DNA of 63,200 nt, the filler included, from Olpidium bornovanus S191 (lineage: Eukaryota; Fungi; Olpidiomycota): the NCBI GenBank assembly GCA_017911155.1. It is 29 parts of 29 records of this genome, joined end to end, with 100 filler letters (N's around TTAATTAATTAA, not from the genome) between each part and the next. Parts side by side here need not be neighbours in the genome. Positions count along the whole stretch, not along the records: positions 36,619 to 39,596 come from JAEFCI010007345.1; positions 39,697 to 40,832 come from JAEFCI010004745.1; positions 40,933 to 44,213 come from JAEFCI010004395.1; positions 44,314 to 45,358 come from JAEFCI010007080.1; positions 45,459 to 46,753 come from JAEFCI010008745.1; positions 46,854 to 49,285 come from JAEFCI010012028.1; positions 49,386 to 50,978 come from JAEFCI010002166.1; 22 more parts are not named here. One strand, given 5' to 3'. Below are positions 38,386 through 50,293 of the stretch, one piece after another. Positions within the stretch are counted from its first letter, which is position 1; each line of letters opens with the position of its first letter. Under the pieces are notes generated by a model that was given only the letters and a program-made list of their open reading frames with translations, searched no databases and had not been told where the DNA came from. Both the position numbers and the translations under genes were made by a program.

Positions 38386-38504
38386 ACAAATATAACCCCC
38401 TCTCTCGAGATATCCTCAGAGACGCGGAGGAGCCGAACGGGTTGGGTGTGCGTGTGCCGCGGCGCCGTTATTCCTGCCCCGCGCCCGCGCTTCCCACCCC
38501 CGAT

Positions 38505-38585
38505 ATGGCCGCGTCGTATCCGCGTCCGGAGGAGCCGAGCACGTAAGGGAGAGACACCGGCGGGCAGGACGAGAGGGAGAGAGAG

Positions 38586-38621
<36 letters not shown>

Positions 38622-39577
38622 CGCGCAATCTGGAGGGCTCCTCCCAGGCCCCTACCCCTTTCTCCCTTCCCCCGGCCGCAAAGTGCTTCCTCCCCCCCCC
38701 CCCCCCCCCCCAACCCCTCCCCCCCCCCCCCCCCACACACACACACCCCCCGCGACGAGCGCGCTCTTGCGCGGTCGGCGCGACAAAGAGGCCACGCGTC
38801 GCGCGCCTCCTCAAAGGCCAGGCTTCTCACACTCCCCAACGGGGCGACTACCCTCTCGTGTGCGCCTGTTTGATATCCCGCGTCACCAGCCTCGCCAACT
38901 TTCACCTGATCAATTCGACGAGATTGCACCTGGAGCTGACGGTGTGTTTCGAGACTAAGAGAGTCCACGGCCATGTCCTGCACCACATGGTCGCCGCGCA
39001 GGACGGCGTGGCCGAAATCAGGATGGACACGCGGTACGTCGAGATCAACGACTGCTCCCTTATTGTCGACGGAAAAGTCAAGGCTCTGCAGGTAAGTGTG
39101 CCTTATGTTGGAGCTGGGCCTGTGCGAAGGTCGGCACCACGCGAGGCTGCTGATGCGACAAGCAATGCAGTTCACGGTGGACCAGCACAAGGAACCTTTC
39201 GGCTCTGCTCTGCGCATCGTGCTGCCCAATTTGCTGAAGGCCGGATCGGCGGTCACCATAAGGGTTGACTACGAGACAACGCGGAAGTGCACTGCGCTGC
39301 AGTGGCTCGAGCCGAGCCAGACCGCGGGCAAAGTGCACCCGTACCTCTTCTCACAGTGCCAAGCGATCCACGCGCGCTCGCTGGTGCCCTGCCAGGTCAG
39401 TGTGTGCCCGCGTAGGCGGAAACCGCTTAATTTGAGAGGAAATTTTCGTGCCAAAGAAGTTCGAAATGCGGCGAACATGGATTCTCGCAACCTAGGACAC
39501 GCCCGCCATCAAGCTGCAGTACTCTGCGGCCATCACGGTACCCAAACCGCTCACTGTCGTGATGAGCGCACTTCGGG
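38505..39577 (+). CDS. LTA4H: Leukotriene A4 hydrolase / M1 aminopeptidase (5' part)
   Basis: Exons 38505-38542, 38890-39091, 39171-39395, 39496-~39577. [69 protein letters not shown]. Confidence 0.92.
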
Positions 39578-39696
39578 TGCGCTCGGTCGACGGTCCNNNN
39601 NNNNNNNNNNNNNNNNNNNNNNNNNNNNNNNNNNNNNNNNTTAATTAATTAANNNNNNNNNNNNNNNNNNNNNNNNNNNNNNNNNNNNNNNNNNNN

Positions 39697-39860
39697 AAAA
39701 AAAAAGAAAAAAAAAGAAAAAAAAGAAAAAAAAGAAAAAAAAGAAAAAAAAGAAAAAAAAGAAAAAAAAGAAAAAAAAGAAAAAAAGGAAAAAAAGGAAA
39801 AAAAAAGAAAAAAAAGAAAAAAAAGAAAAAAAAAGAAAAAAAAAGAAAAAGAAAAAAAAG
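39697..39860. repeat. (AAAAAAAG)n tandem tract
   Basis: Regular A6-8G units at a contig start. Confidence 0.9.
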
Positions 39861-41948
39861 CACGCCGCAAAACAAGAAAAAAGTGTGCCGGGGCCCCCGC
39901 CCACCATCACCACTCACACCCTCAAAATATAAAAAAGGCGCGCCGGTTGCTGAAAAAAAAAGACACGTACACAACAAAAGAGACGCATACAGAAGAAAAT
40001 GCAGTTCTCATCACGCGATTTGCAACATTTGCTGCCTTCACTGTCGCTGTCGAATCCCGAGTCTGCGTCTGCCGCGGCAGTTTTTTTGGTTCACCCCGCC
40101 CATTCGCATAGTGCCGTTAAGTTCCGACCGGTGTACTCTGTTTCTTTCGTTTTTTTTCTTCGTTCCTTTTTTATTCCGGCAACCAGATTTTTTTTATGAC
40201 GGCTTGGATTTGGGGATTAGCCGGGCTCACATTCGATTTCGTCGTGCAAGATTCGGAAAAACACGCCAGCTACCAATAAAAAAGCACGCTGTCCTCCGCA
40301 TAAAAAATAATAGAAAACTAAAGAATGTATAAACATTAAGTGATGAGAGTAAATTAAAATAAAACACACACAAAAAGTTGACGCAATATTTTTAAAAAAG
40401 TTTTAAAAGTAGATAATAATAAAAAATTAGATACACAAGAAATAAAAGATGAAGTATATAAAAATAGAAAAAAATTTAAAGTTAAACAATTAGAAAACTT
40501 AAAAAACAATAAAAAGAAGTACAAGAAATGAGAAAAAGATTAAAAAATGCATACCACGCGAAAAGAACAGACAAAATATAGAAATAGAAACAAAAAAATA
40601 AACAAAATAAAAAATGAAGAAAAGAGGCGCGCGCGTGTTCGGAAAACAAAAGTGTGTCGGTATCCTCCCCGCCGTCTTAAAACAGGGACCGCATCCAAAA
40701 CCTAAGGTAATCCATGAACCTATATTTGCGGAAAAGAGCACAACGCGGTGTAGTGTAAGTCGGTCGAGTGGGCGGCGAACTGTTTGTTAGATTTGATGTT
40801 CTTGTGCTGGTCTTGCTTATGGGGGAGATGGTNNNNNNNNNNNNNNNNNNNNNNNNNNNNNNNNNNNNNNNNNNNNTTAATTAATTAANNNNNNNNNNNN
40901 NNNNNNNNNNNNNNNNNNNNNNNNNNNNNNNNGGGAGCGTCCGATTGCGGGGAACCGGAACAGTGGAGAGCCGGGGCCTTTTTTGACAAGGGAAAAAAGA
41001 AAGGCGGCGTTCTTGGATTTTTTTTTTTTTTTTTTTTTTTTCCAAAAACCATGCTGCCCTCACGAAACGCTCCCGACGTTACCAGCCGCTCTTCCAAGTG
41101 CGGCGCGGGTGGTGGTGGGGTTCTCCGAGCAAAACAAGCGTGCGGAGGTGTGCCGGATTCACGGATAAAACGGCCGACAAGAGAATGGGGGGGAAAACCA
41201 CGAGGGTTGGATACGAGGAGAAAATGGGAGGAGATGTGGGGGAGGGGCGCAGCACCAGGGCGAAAAGCAGAACCCCTTTCCTCGACGCCGTGCTCCAAAA
41301 TAAAAGGGATAGGCGAGTTCTATATAAAGTAGACCACGTAGCCATATAGCAGCGCCATTTCCGTAGCCACAAGTACAGAACGACTTTTCTGCACCTCCCT
41401 CGTCTCGCCTCGCTGTGTCCTTTCGGGTTTTACAAGTTGCGACAGTTCTGACAGCGAGATCCCGCCTTCCCCCCTGCACTGCTTCCCGCCCTCCCCGCTT
41501 TCCCAAGACTTGCAGTTTATTTCCGCGTAATCAATGTGGTAAAACGCTGTATAGCAAAACGTTTGCGCGTGCGTGTGTGGAAGCAGGATGAACAAAAATA
41601 TATATTCTGTTTTCACTGATTCCAACCGGGTATTTTCTGCGGGGGCCAGAAGGAAACCAAAAAAATTAAAACAAAAAAAAATCTCTACGGGTATTCCCAC
41701 GAAAAATGGGATACAAAAAAAGGTGTGGTGGAAGCGCCGAACGCCACAAAAACGGTGCCAAAATCGCCCCGGGAAAAAAAATCCGCGTCGCCTCCTCTTG
41801 TTGCCTCTGCCTTTCTCTCTCTGGATCCCGCTCTGTGTGGCGGCGGGGGGGTTTTTTTTTCTCTTTCGGCCAAGCGCTTGCCGCCATCGATTTTCAAGCC
41901 GCCGAGCCTGCAGCGGCTTCTTTTTTCCCCCTTGCTTTGCCTCTTTCC

Positions 41949-43899
41949 TCAGTTGTTCTGCGACAGCGCCACGTAAGCCGGGGAAGCCGCCTCGTATTCC
42001 GCGGCCATAAGCGACCCGGCGTTCTGCTCCATAAACCTCAAGATTTCGACGAAGACGGACTGGAGAACTTTGATGGCCTCGGGGTCCATGTTCGTGTGGA
42101 CTATGAGTGTGGGAAGTTGAACTGAGTGCGCGTTGACGGGGGGTGGGATGGGGCGTTAAAAGGCAAGCACGTAAGCCCGTGAGCGGTTCATCAGGCGTGA
42201 GTAGATGACGAGGGAACGGGCGGGGAAGGGGGACGCGTAAGAACAACCGAAACGAGGCGGTTGAAATCGAGGCGGAGGACGACGGAGAGCTCACCGAAGA
42301 GACGCAACAGATGCTCCGCGCCGTAGATCTCCGACATGGTTTTCCCCTCGTCCTCCCGCCGCGCGTCCAAGTATTGCTGCCGCTCAAAACGGTAGAGCAA
42401 GATGTTCCCGAGCGCCGTGTCGAAGTACAGTTTCAAGCCGTCTAACACTTCGTTAAGCGTGTCATCGGGTCTCCTGTAAAACGAGCGGCGGCAAAACGGG
42501 TTTTCGAAAACGTTCGAAAAGGTTCGAGAAAGACGTTCCCGGAACGAGCACAGACGACGGGGAGAGGGGGGGGGGGGAAGCACAAGGCAGAAGGGGACGG
42601 CGCAGCCGCAGGTAATAACCGAGAGGACAGGCCGGAAAAACTCACGGGTCGTTGCTGCTGGCTCCCGTGACGCCGCTGTCCTTCGCCCTCGCGTGCGCTG
42701 CGAACATTTTGAGGATCTCGACGACGTTGGGCACCCGCGGCAGCGGGACGAGCAGCTGGTTTTTTGTGACGTATTCCCAGTCGTCGACCAGCCTCACCTT
42801 GAGGGCATCGGGTATCGGCAGCTTGACCTCCACGCGCTTAAAAACTTCGTCGTCCTGAGTCGGGAGGGAGGTTCGGTCGCATCGCGATGACTAGACGGCT
42901 CGGACCCACGACGGGCCGGCATTTTGGCCCGCTCCCTCCGCCACCCCGTCCACCTTCCTCCCCCCCCCCCCCTTTCTCCCCCCTTTTTTCGCTTTCCCCA
43001 GGTGCTTTTTTTCAGGAGCCACACCGCCGGGAGGAAGAAGAAGGCGGGGGAGAGAGGAAAAACGCACGCGCTTACTCTTTCGACGGACTGGTCCCGCGGC
43101 CTTTTCTTTCCCCTGTCGGTCCCGGTGTCGTGCGCGGCGCGGTCCTTGGACGGGGCCGCCGTACGCTTCGTATCCGTGTACACGTCCTTCAGCTGCGCTT
43201 GCCGCGCGAGGTTCGTGTCCGTCCACTTCAGGACCCGGGACTCGGGGACCCACTCGTCCCACCTGCAACGTAACGTGCGGCGGCCGCGGAAGGCGCGCAT
43301 CGCCCCGACGGTCCGGGGTCGTGAGAGGGCGCGCGAGCGAGGGAAAAACGACGGCAGACGACCGCGCCCGTCCGCACCCCCATCCGGGGTGCCGCGCGCG
43401 TGCGCCCCGCGGCGGCCCCGCGCACACAGAAAAGCTCTCACGCCGCTTTTGGCGCGGGAGGGGGCGGACGGGCGGGGACGGAGGAAACGGACGGGCGGGG
43501 ACGGAGGAAACGGACGGGCGGGGACGGCGGAAACGGACGGGCGGGGAGGGAGGAAGGGAAAGAAGATAGGGGGGGGGAGGGGGGGCCGTACTTGCGCTTC
43601 CAGCCTTTGTAATGGACAAAGTAGTGCGGGCCTGTCGCGCCGCCGTCTTTGCCGTCCCAGAGCTCGGCCGTGAGGACCTGCGGGACGGGAAGCGAGTCAG
43701 AGAGAGCGTAACCAGCGGGGAAGCTGGAAGAACTTCCTGCGGGGAAAAACGACGAAGGGCGGGGGCGGGCGGTTTGGTTTTCTGCGTTTCCCTTTTTTTT
43801 GTTTTTTTTTTTTTTTACCTTCGCCTCGTACACCAGCGGGCCGTGAAAGCAGAGGACTTCCTCGTTTGCCCCGAAGGCCAGCTTTGCGGGCTCGGCCAT
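41949..43899 (-). CDS. EAF3: Chromodomain/MRG protein Eaf3 (complete, 6 exons)
   Basis: [100 protein letters not shown]. Stop TGA at 41949-41951. All introns GT-AG. Confidence 0.95.
43466..43546. repeat. 23-bp tandem repeat (~3.5 copies) in EAF3 intron 2
   Basis: Unit GGACGGGCGGGGACGGAGGAAAC. Confidence 0.9.
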
Positions 43900-44106
43900 A
43901 GGCTATGGCGGGGCCGCGCGGCGTCCGTCGTCGTCGATCGTTCGTCGTTCGTCGCGCCCGGAGCACTGAGCGGGACGGAGGTGAAGGACAGGAAGGAAGG
44001 GGCGTCGTGGGGCGGGGTGGGTGTGTGTGTGTGTGTGTGTGTGTGTGCGGGGAAGGGGGGGAAAGGGGGGGGGGAAGGGGGAACTCGGCGTCGGGGAAAA
44101 TAATTT

Positions 44107-44144
<38 letters not shown>

Positions 44145-44369
44145 GTTTGGCGCCCGCCGGCGACCGTTTAAGCACATCTGCTGCGTGCCCCCGGGTTTGA
44201 CTGCAACCCCCCCNNNNNNNNNNNNNNNNNNNNNNNNNNNNNNNNNNNNNNNNNNNNTTAATTAATTAANNNNNNNNNNNNNNNNNNNNNNNNNNNNNNN
44301 NNNNNNNNNNNNNCATGTATTTTTTTTTTGTTTTGCCGAAATTCGCGGCGCGCGCTTCTTTCAACGTAC

Positions 44370-45341
44370 ACCAAACCCGTCGCCGATCGCGACGATCTTG
44401 CAGTTCGCGCCGTACTCTCTGTGCAAGATTTTTATCTCGTTGCCAGCTACGTCTCTGCATCGGTTTAGGATCAAGATGTGAATCCACGTTTAAAAGTCCT
44501 CCTCCGGCACGACCGACGGCGACGAAGCCCGGCTCCACAAATGTCGCGTTTCGGACCGCCTACCCGTCAGGGCCGCCTGTTCACGTTTTCAGAGTAATAT
44601 CAGCGACGGGACCTGTCGAATGAGAGAAGAAACAACGACGGAAAACTGTGAGGGAAAACAAAAGCTCACCGGTCATTTTCAGAGAAAACGCCTCCTTTTT
44701 AGGGTCAATACCAATATGTCGTAGCGCGATGTCGAGGTAAACTCTGGAAAACGATGGAAAGGAGCGCGCCAAATGAACCAGATTGAGGCAAAAGCTCGGC
44801 TGTCCTCGTGGATTTGTGGTGCGGCGCACACGTACGTTAGCCCCTCGCTCGTGACCCCGTACGCCTTGTGGTTGATACCGGCGCCGGGTTTGGAAGACAT
44901 GAACGTGCTGGGGAACGGGTGGCCCCGTTCCGCAGCCCGATCCGAAATCCACGAAATGTGATAGTTTGTGATGTTCTCGTCTGCAACAAATATATTATTT
45001 TAATCGAAACTACCGTGCAAAAGAAGTTACGGGTAACAGGCAAACATGCTTTGCAAGCAACCCAGGCTACCCTTACCGGGTCCCAGATACACGATTTCGT
45101 GGTGCCCTTCAGATGTGACAGAGTGGAAAAAAATAAAAGAAAAAAGAAAAAAAAGGTAAGCAAACAAAGCTTTCAATCAAACGCCCCCGCTCTATTGACC
45201 CTTCATTACCGGTAAAGTCGACTATGAGGGGATTCTCCATGGCCGCGATGGTCAAATCCAGCAGGCAGTCTGCAAACGCCTTTGCCGAACTTGACGCGTT
45301 CTCCGGACCTCCCTCAACAAGGACAACGGCTTTGGATCCGC
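44370..45341 (-). CDS. Large NAD-dependent glutamate dehydrogenase, internal fragment (6 exons)
   Basis: Spliced: GGSKAVVL..KAFADCLLDL..EIVYLGPDENIT..FMSSKPGAGINHKAYGVTSEGL..GIDPKKEAFSLKMTGGPDGDVAGNEIKIL..KIVAIGDGFG. Includes a 13-nt exon at 44564-44576. Confidence 0.9.
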
Positions 45342-45458
45342 CTGTTACGGTGCACGCCNNNNNNNNNNNNNNNNNNNNNNNNNNNNNNNNNNNNNNNNNN
45401 NNTTAATTAATTAANNNNNNNNNNNNNNNNNNNNNNNNNNNNNNNNNNNNNNNNNNNN

Positions 45459-46331
45459 CATGTCAGTGGAAGCGGGGATGAAATATTGCTCGAATCGAAT
45501 CGAAGGCCAAAGCCGCTGCCATCTAATTGGCTGCCGCCTGAAAAACAGGATTCCGTCGGGACGTCTTCGAAGGATGCAGTTTCGGATCGGCCCCGCACAC
45601 CTCGCCAACGGTGCAATTCCAACTCGGCCGGAAGCGTCCGCTGCACACCGTGCTTTTCGACGTGCGGCAGGTTGTCATCGCCGGCGACGGGTACCAAGCG
45701 GAAGTTGCGCGCGGAGTCGTCTGACTCGGACGCACGTCTTGAAAGTTCCGTATCCGACTCGCCGGCCGGCCCGGCCACGCAATCGGCAACCTGGGGCAGG
45801 CTCAAGCAATCCAAGTGGACAAACGGCACTCGTGAAAATATTCTTCGGCCGAGAGACGTCCAGTCGCTGAAGATTCTCGTGTGTGATGACAACCAGCTAA
45901 ACTGCGAGATCCTGAAGAAAATGTTGAAAAGCTTCGGGTGTTCGGACATATCCGTGTGCCACGACGGGCAGACCGCCGTGCGGCTCGTCGCCGGAGCGGC
46001 GTCACGAGCGGGCCGCGAAGACCCAGAGTCGGACCCGTCCTCCCCCTCCGCCGGCCAGCGGGCGGATCGCCCTTTCGACATCATCCTGCTGGACTACAGG
46101 ATGCCCGGCGAATTGGACGGCGTCAACGCCTGCAAGGCCATCCGGCGATTGTCTCAACCTTCCCGCCCCATAGTTGTATGTGTCAGCGCGGCCGCGCTGG
46201 ATGGCGAAGAGAGTGTGTGCCTGTCGTCTGGTTTCGACGAATTCCTGATCAAGCCTATTTTGAGAAGGACGCTCGGGGATCTCCTCGATCGGTCCGTCGG
46301 CATCCTTACCGAGAGTAGGAGCGTTCCATAA
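45459..46331 (+). CDS. C-terminal response-regulator receiver domain, probably of a hybrid histidine kinase (5' truncated)
   Basis: Frame open from the contig start. LKILVCDDNQLN, DIILLDYRMP (phospho-acceptor Asp), VSAAA, GFDEFLIKP. Confidence 0.85.
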   Translation, partial: HVSGSGDEILLESNRRPKPLPSNWLPPEKQDSVGTSSKDAVSDRPRTPRQRCNSNSAGSVRCTPCFSTCGRLSSPATGTKRKLRAESSDSDARLESSVSDSPAGPATQSATWGRLKQSKWTNGTRENILRPRDVQSLKILVCDDNQLNCEILKKMLKSFGCSDISVCHDGQTAVRLVAGAASRAGREDPESDPSSPSAGQRADRPFDIILLDYRMPGELDGVNACKAIRRLSQPSRPIVVCVSAAALDGEESVCLSSGFDEFLIKPILRRTLGDLLDRSVGILTESRSVP

Positions 46332-46642
46332 GGGCGGTTAAAAAAAAAAACACGGGTTCTCTTTGAGGCGCGGTGTTTCTCATACTACTGTCCAAATCCC
46401 TCCCCCCCCCTCATCCCCTTTCCCTCACACTCAAGCCACAATTTCCTTTTCGTTGCTTTTTTTGCATTATCCATTTACTGGTCTGAAAAAAGATGGGCAG
46501 AAACTGTTAAGGCTTTTCCCCTCATTAGTTACTAGCTCGGTTCGTGCCCCGGCCGTGACAGCGGCAACTTCCAAAACAGCTCCGTTAACGTTACAGGTTT
46601 AGACGACGGTGGAAGGTCCTACACCGCGCGAACGGTCGCCAA

Positions 46643-46752
<110 letters not shown>

Positions 46753-47064
46753 ANNNNNNNNNNNNNNNNNNNNNNNNNNNNNNNNNNNNNNNNNNNNTTA
46801 ATTAATTAANNNNNNNNNNNNNNNNNNNNNNNNNNNNNNNNNNNNNNNNNNNNAAAAAAAAAAAAAAAGAATAAAACGAGAGAAAGAAAAAGAGCCCGCC
46901 CCGCCCCCATCTTTTTCCTCGGGGGGATGATCAACCGCGTGAAAGAATTCCGCCGGGTTTTCAGAACCACACGGGGCCAATTGAGACCCGGGTGCCCTTC
47001 TACTCCTCCCCCTCCGCCCCATCTCCCAATTTTTGTTTTTTTTTTTTTTTTTTTTTTTTTTTAC

Positions 47065-47360
47065 CTTCCGACCTCCCCGTCGTCGCAATGCTCAGCCAAT
47101 TGTCTTGATAACGTTCAAAATTGAGGGCTTGCGACCACGCCAAAAGCCGCTCGTCCTCCTCGGACGCCTCCTCGGGTTCGCCGGCGTCACGGCGCCGGCG
47201 CGCCGGCCGTCCCGAAGGGTCGAGCCCTCGCTCGACGTCCAGCGGACACTCCGCCAGGCGCTCGAAGGCCGCCGACATCTTCGCCAGCGAATCGGAAGAG
47301 ACCGTTTTCTGGGCTTTGGCTTCCTCGTACCTAGGGATCGTGCAATGCATCCCAATATCC

Positions 47361-47391
<31 letters not shown>

Positions 47392-49284
47392 ACACACGCG
47401 AAACACCGAAAACCGGTAAGAAAAATAAAAAGAATTCCCCCGCGAAAAAAAAAAATTCCCTCGGGGTTTACACGGCGGTTTTACATTTTTTGGAACCAGA
47501 GGAGCCGCTTCTGCCGGCGCCTCGCGATGATTTCCTGCCGCCTCTTCAGCTTCGCGTGATGGAACAGCACAGGCTTGCGCTCGGGGAGGTCCAGGCTCTG
47601 GAAGAACTGCGCCGAGTCCTCCCGCGGCACCGTCCAGATCTGAGCCCCCGCAGAGGAACGTCGGGGGCGTCCCGGGTTAGACCCCCCCCCGCCCCGCGCG
47701 TTTCCGTTAAGCAACCCCCCCCCCGTTGAGGCAAAATCCCGTAAAAAATTCATCTAAAATGGCCCCCGCGAAAACGAACTGTACCTTGTCCGCCACCGGC
47801 CGCCACCCGTTGTTCTCGACGCGCTCGTACCACCCGTCGCAAACCGCGGGCAGCTTGACCTCCCGGCCGTCCGCGTCCACGACGCTGGTGCGGTTGTACA
47901 ACAGCCGCGGCAGAGGCTCCTTGTTCGCTTCGGAGGTGTAGTTTCTCGGCGAGAACGCGCTCAGGTCGATCACGGCGTTGTGAACGAAAATCTTGTAGTA
48001 TATTGTGGGGGGAAACGAAACCTTTTTTTTTCTTCCGTCAGAAAACAAAGAATTTGCGGTCGCCCGCAGAGCCCGGGGCGGCCGTTCGTTGGGGGGGGGG
48101 GGGGGGGGGTGCTTACGCCGCCGAGTCGGAAGCGGACGTGGATTCCCGCGGCGGCGTCGATCAACTGCGACTCCACGGGGTTGATAAACTTGAGGAGGCG
48201 GCGCGGGTCGCCCCGTTCGCGGAACTTGATCAGGTCTCGGTAAAAGTGATATATGTGCCGATTCTGCCGGGGAGGGAGAAGGTGAAGGTAAGGGAGATTT
48301 TTAAATTTTTTTTTTTTGGTTTTTGACCGTGGTCAGCGAAACCAGGCCCACCACACCCCGCTCCTACTCCCGCCTTAAAGGCTTTAGGAAACGCTGGCCG
48401 TCTTACAGACATACGTCTCCACGCGCGCTGAATGACCGACGCCGGGTCCCGCGAGACGTTCCGAGCGGGCCTGAACCTCTTCGAAGCCCCCAGCAGCCGC
48501 ATGAGATCGCTGAGGGACGCATTTTTCTGCGGAGAGGAGCGACAAGGCAGGTGGTGGTGAGGAAAAGGGGGGGGGGGGAGGTACCCGAACACGAAAAAAA
48601 AAATGCCGGATATTCAGGACTTCCGCGACCCCTTCCGTCACACAATTTAGGTAGAGCCGCCGCCAGGGCGGGGTTCGCCTCGCGCGAGAAGACACCGACT
48701 TTTTTCTTCCACTGGCGGTACGCGTTCTGGAGATGGAACATCCGCCACGCGCTCTGGATGAGCGTTGCGCAGAATTGGGGATACTCCAGCGGTATCGAAA
48801 GCACGGCCTGTGGTATGACGAGAGTTGGCGGGTTCGGGACGGCCGGGGCGGGCGCGCGATCTTGGTCGCCAACCCCGGCGGAAGCGGGGCCGGCGGACGC
48901 GGGTGCGGCGGCGGCGTCGGCGGCGGCTGCGGCGGCTGCGGCGGCGGCAGCTGCAGCGGCGACGGCGGACGCGCGGGCCACGCGCTCCTGGCGGGCGCAC
49001 CAGCGGTCGAACTTTTTCAGCATCACCTCCTGCATCCTCATGGCCTCCTCGGAGATCACGCCGGCGTTGCCGCCGAGGAAGAGGGGAAACTGGGCCTCCA
49101 AGTCGTGGCCGGCCGAAGCGGTCGAGGACCCCGGGGGCTGGGTCTGGTCGGACAGGTCGCCGCACGTGATGGCGGCGTACTTCTTCCTGACGGCGTGGCC
49201 TCTCCAGGCGCTCTGGAGGGCCACCGCGGCCGCGATGCGGCTCAGCTGCTCGACGTCCGGCGTCGGCGCGACGTGCAGCTTCAT
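47065..49284 (-). CDS. MFI: MFI/C11orf65 homolog with three IQ-like motifs (ends uncertain)
   Basis: LQSAWRG, IQSAWR, IQRAWR; GDPRRLLKFINPVESQLIDAAAGIHVRFRLGG|VSFPPTIYYKIFVH..SPRNY; GWYERVENNGWRPV; FHHAKLKRRQ; LLAWSQALNFERYQDNW. Confidence 0.85.
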
Positions 49285-49385
49285 GNNNNNNNNNNNNNNN
49301 NNNNNNNNNNNNNNNNNNNNNNNNNNNNNTTAATTAATTAANNNNNNNNNNNNNNNNNNNNNNNNNNNNNNNNNNNNNNNNNNNN

Positions 49386-49640
49386 CCCGCGTGCAACATA
49401 CCAAGCCTTGTATTTATCGAGGGAACCGTCAGGGTTCAGCTTTCATTTAAAGACCCACCTGCCGTCAACGATGTTGCTCCCCGAGGACAAGTCCGAGATA
49501 CAAATATAAGTCCAAGTATTGGTTGGCAGCAATGGAGGCCAGCTCCTGCGTGGCAGCCGCGCGCCAATGGTTGGCTTCGGGGGAGCGCATGGCCTCGTGC
49601 CAAGAGATCGGCTCCGGGGGGTACTGAGGAGCGAGAGAGG
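49386..49640 (-). mobile_element. Ty1/copia reverse-transcriptase N-terminal fragment, decayed
   Basis: EPISWHEAMRSPEANHWRAA..EL, a frameshift, then NTWT..GRWVFK*KLNPDGSLDKYKAWYVARG. This matches the canonical copia WVFK..DG...YKARLVARG. Confidence 0.88.
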
Positions 49641-50293
49641 GGACGGCCAGATCCCCATCCATCCCTTGCGAGGAGGACGAGGAGGAGCCACTGAGTGCAG
49701 GAATGACATACATCGCGGCGGTCAAAGCGTTGTTGTACCTGGCCTGATTGCACGTTGCCTTCCCGGTGAATCTGGTCGCCAGACAGAACACGAGGTCCAA
49801 GAAGAGGCACTGGAATGGTGGTCAAGTCCGTACCCTCGTAGATGTTGACATCTACGGGAGCTGGTAGGTTTCTGCGCGGGCTGAATCTGAGAAAACTTAA
49901 GGTCTGCGCGGGGCGGAGACTTGGATTCTGGGCTGCGGGGAGGCGTCCAGTTCTCCAAAACAATATTTCCGTTTTTTCTTTTAGAAAAGAGATGTATGTG
50001 TATATTTATCTCCTTTCTCATTCAGAACTTTCTTCATCCGCGCGCGGGAAAACTTCGGGGCACCCCCACGCCACTTTCCAACTCGGCGGCAGAAAGAGAA
50101 TTTCGTCCCCGAAGAACCGAAGACTTTCCGGACCGCCGCACGCCACCAGAAGCGAAATCGCGACGCAGAGCAGAGAGGAGGACGCCGGCCGCCTGGTCGT
50201 TCGCTGCCGGGCGCCTGGTCGTTCGCTGCCGGGCGTTTGTCTGCAGCCCGGAGCCTCCCGTCCGACTCTGAGGCGTTCTCGCCGCCCTCCGCC

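Noticed and set aside
39697-40832. AT-rich contig as foreign or organellar DNA
   Set aside because: The AT excess comes from A-tracts like those elsewhere in the window; no gene or RNA signature was found.
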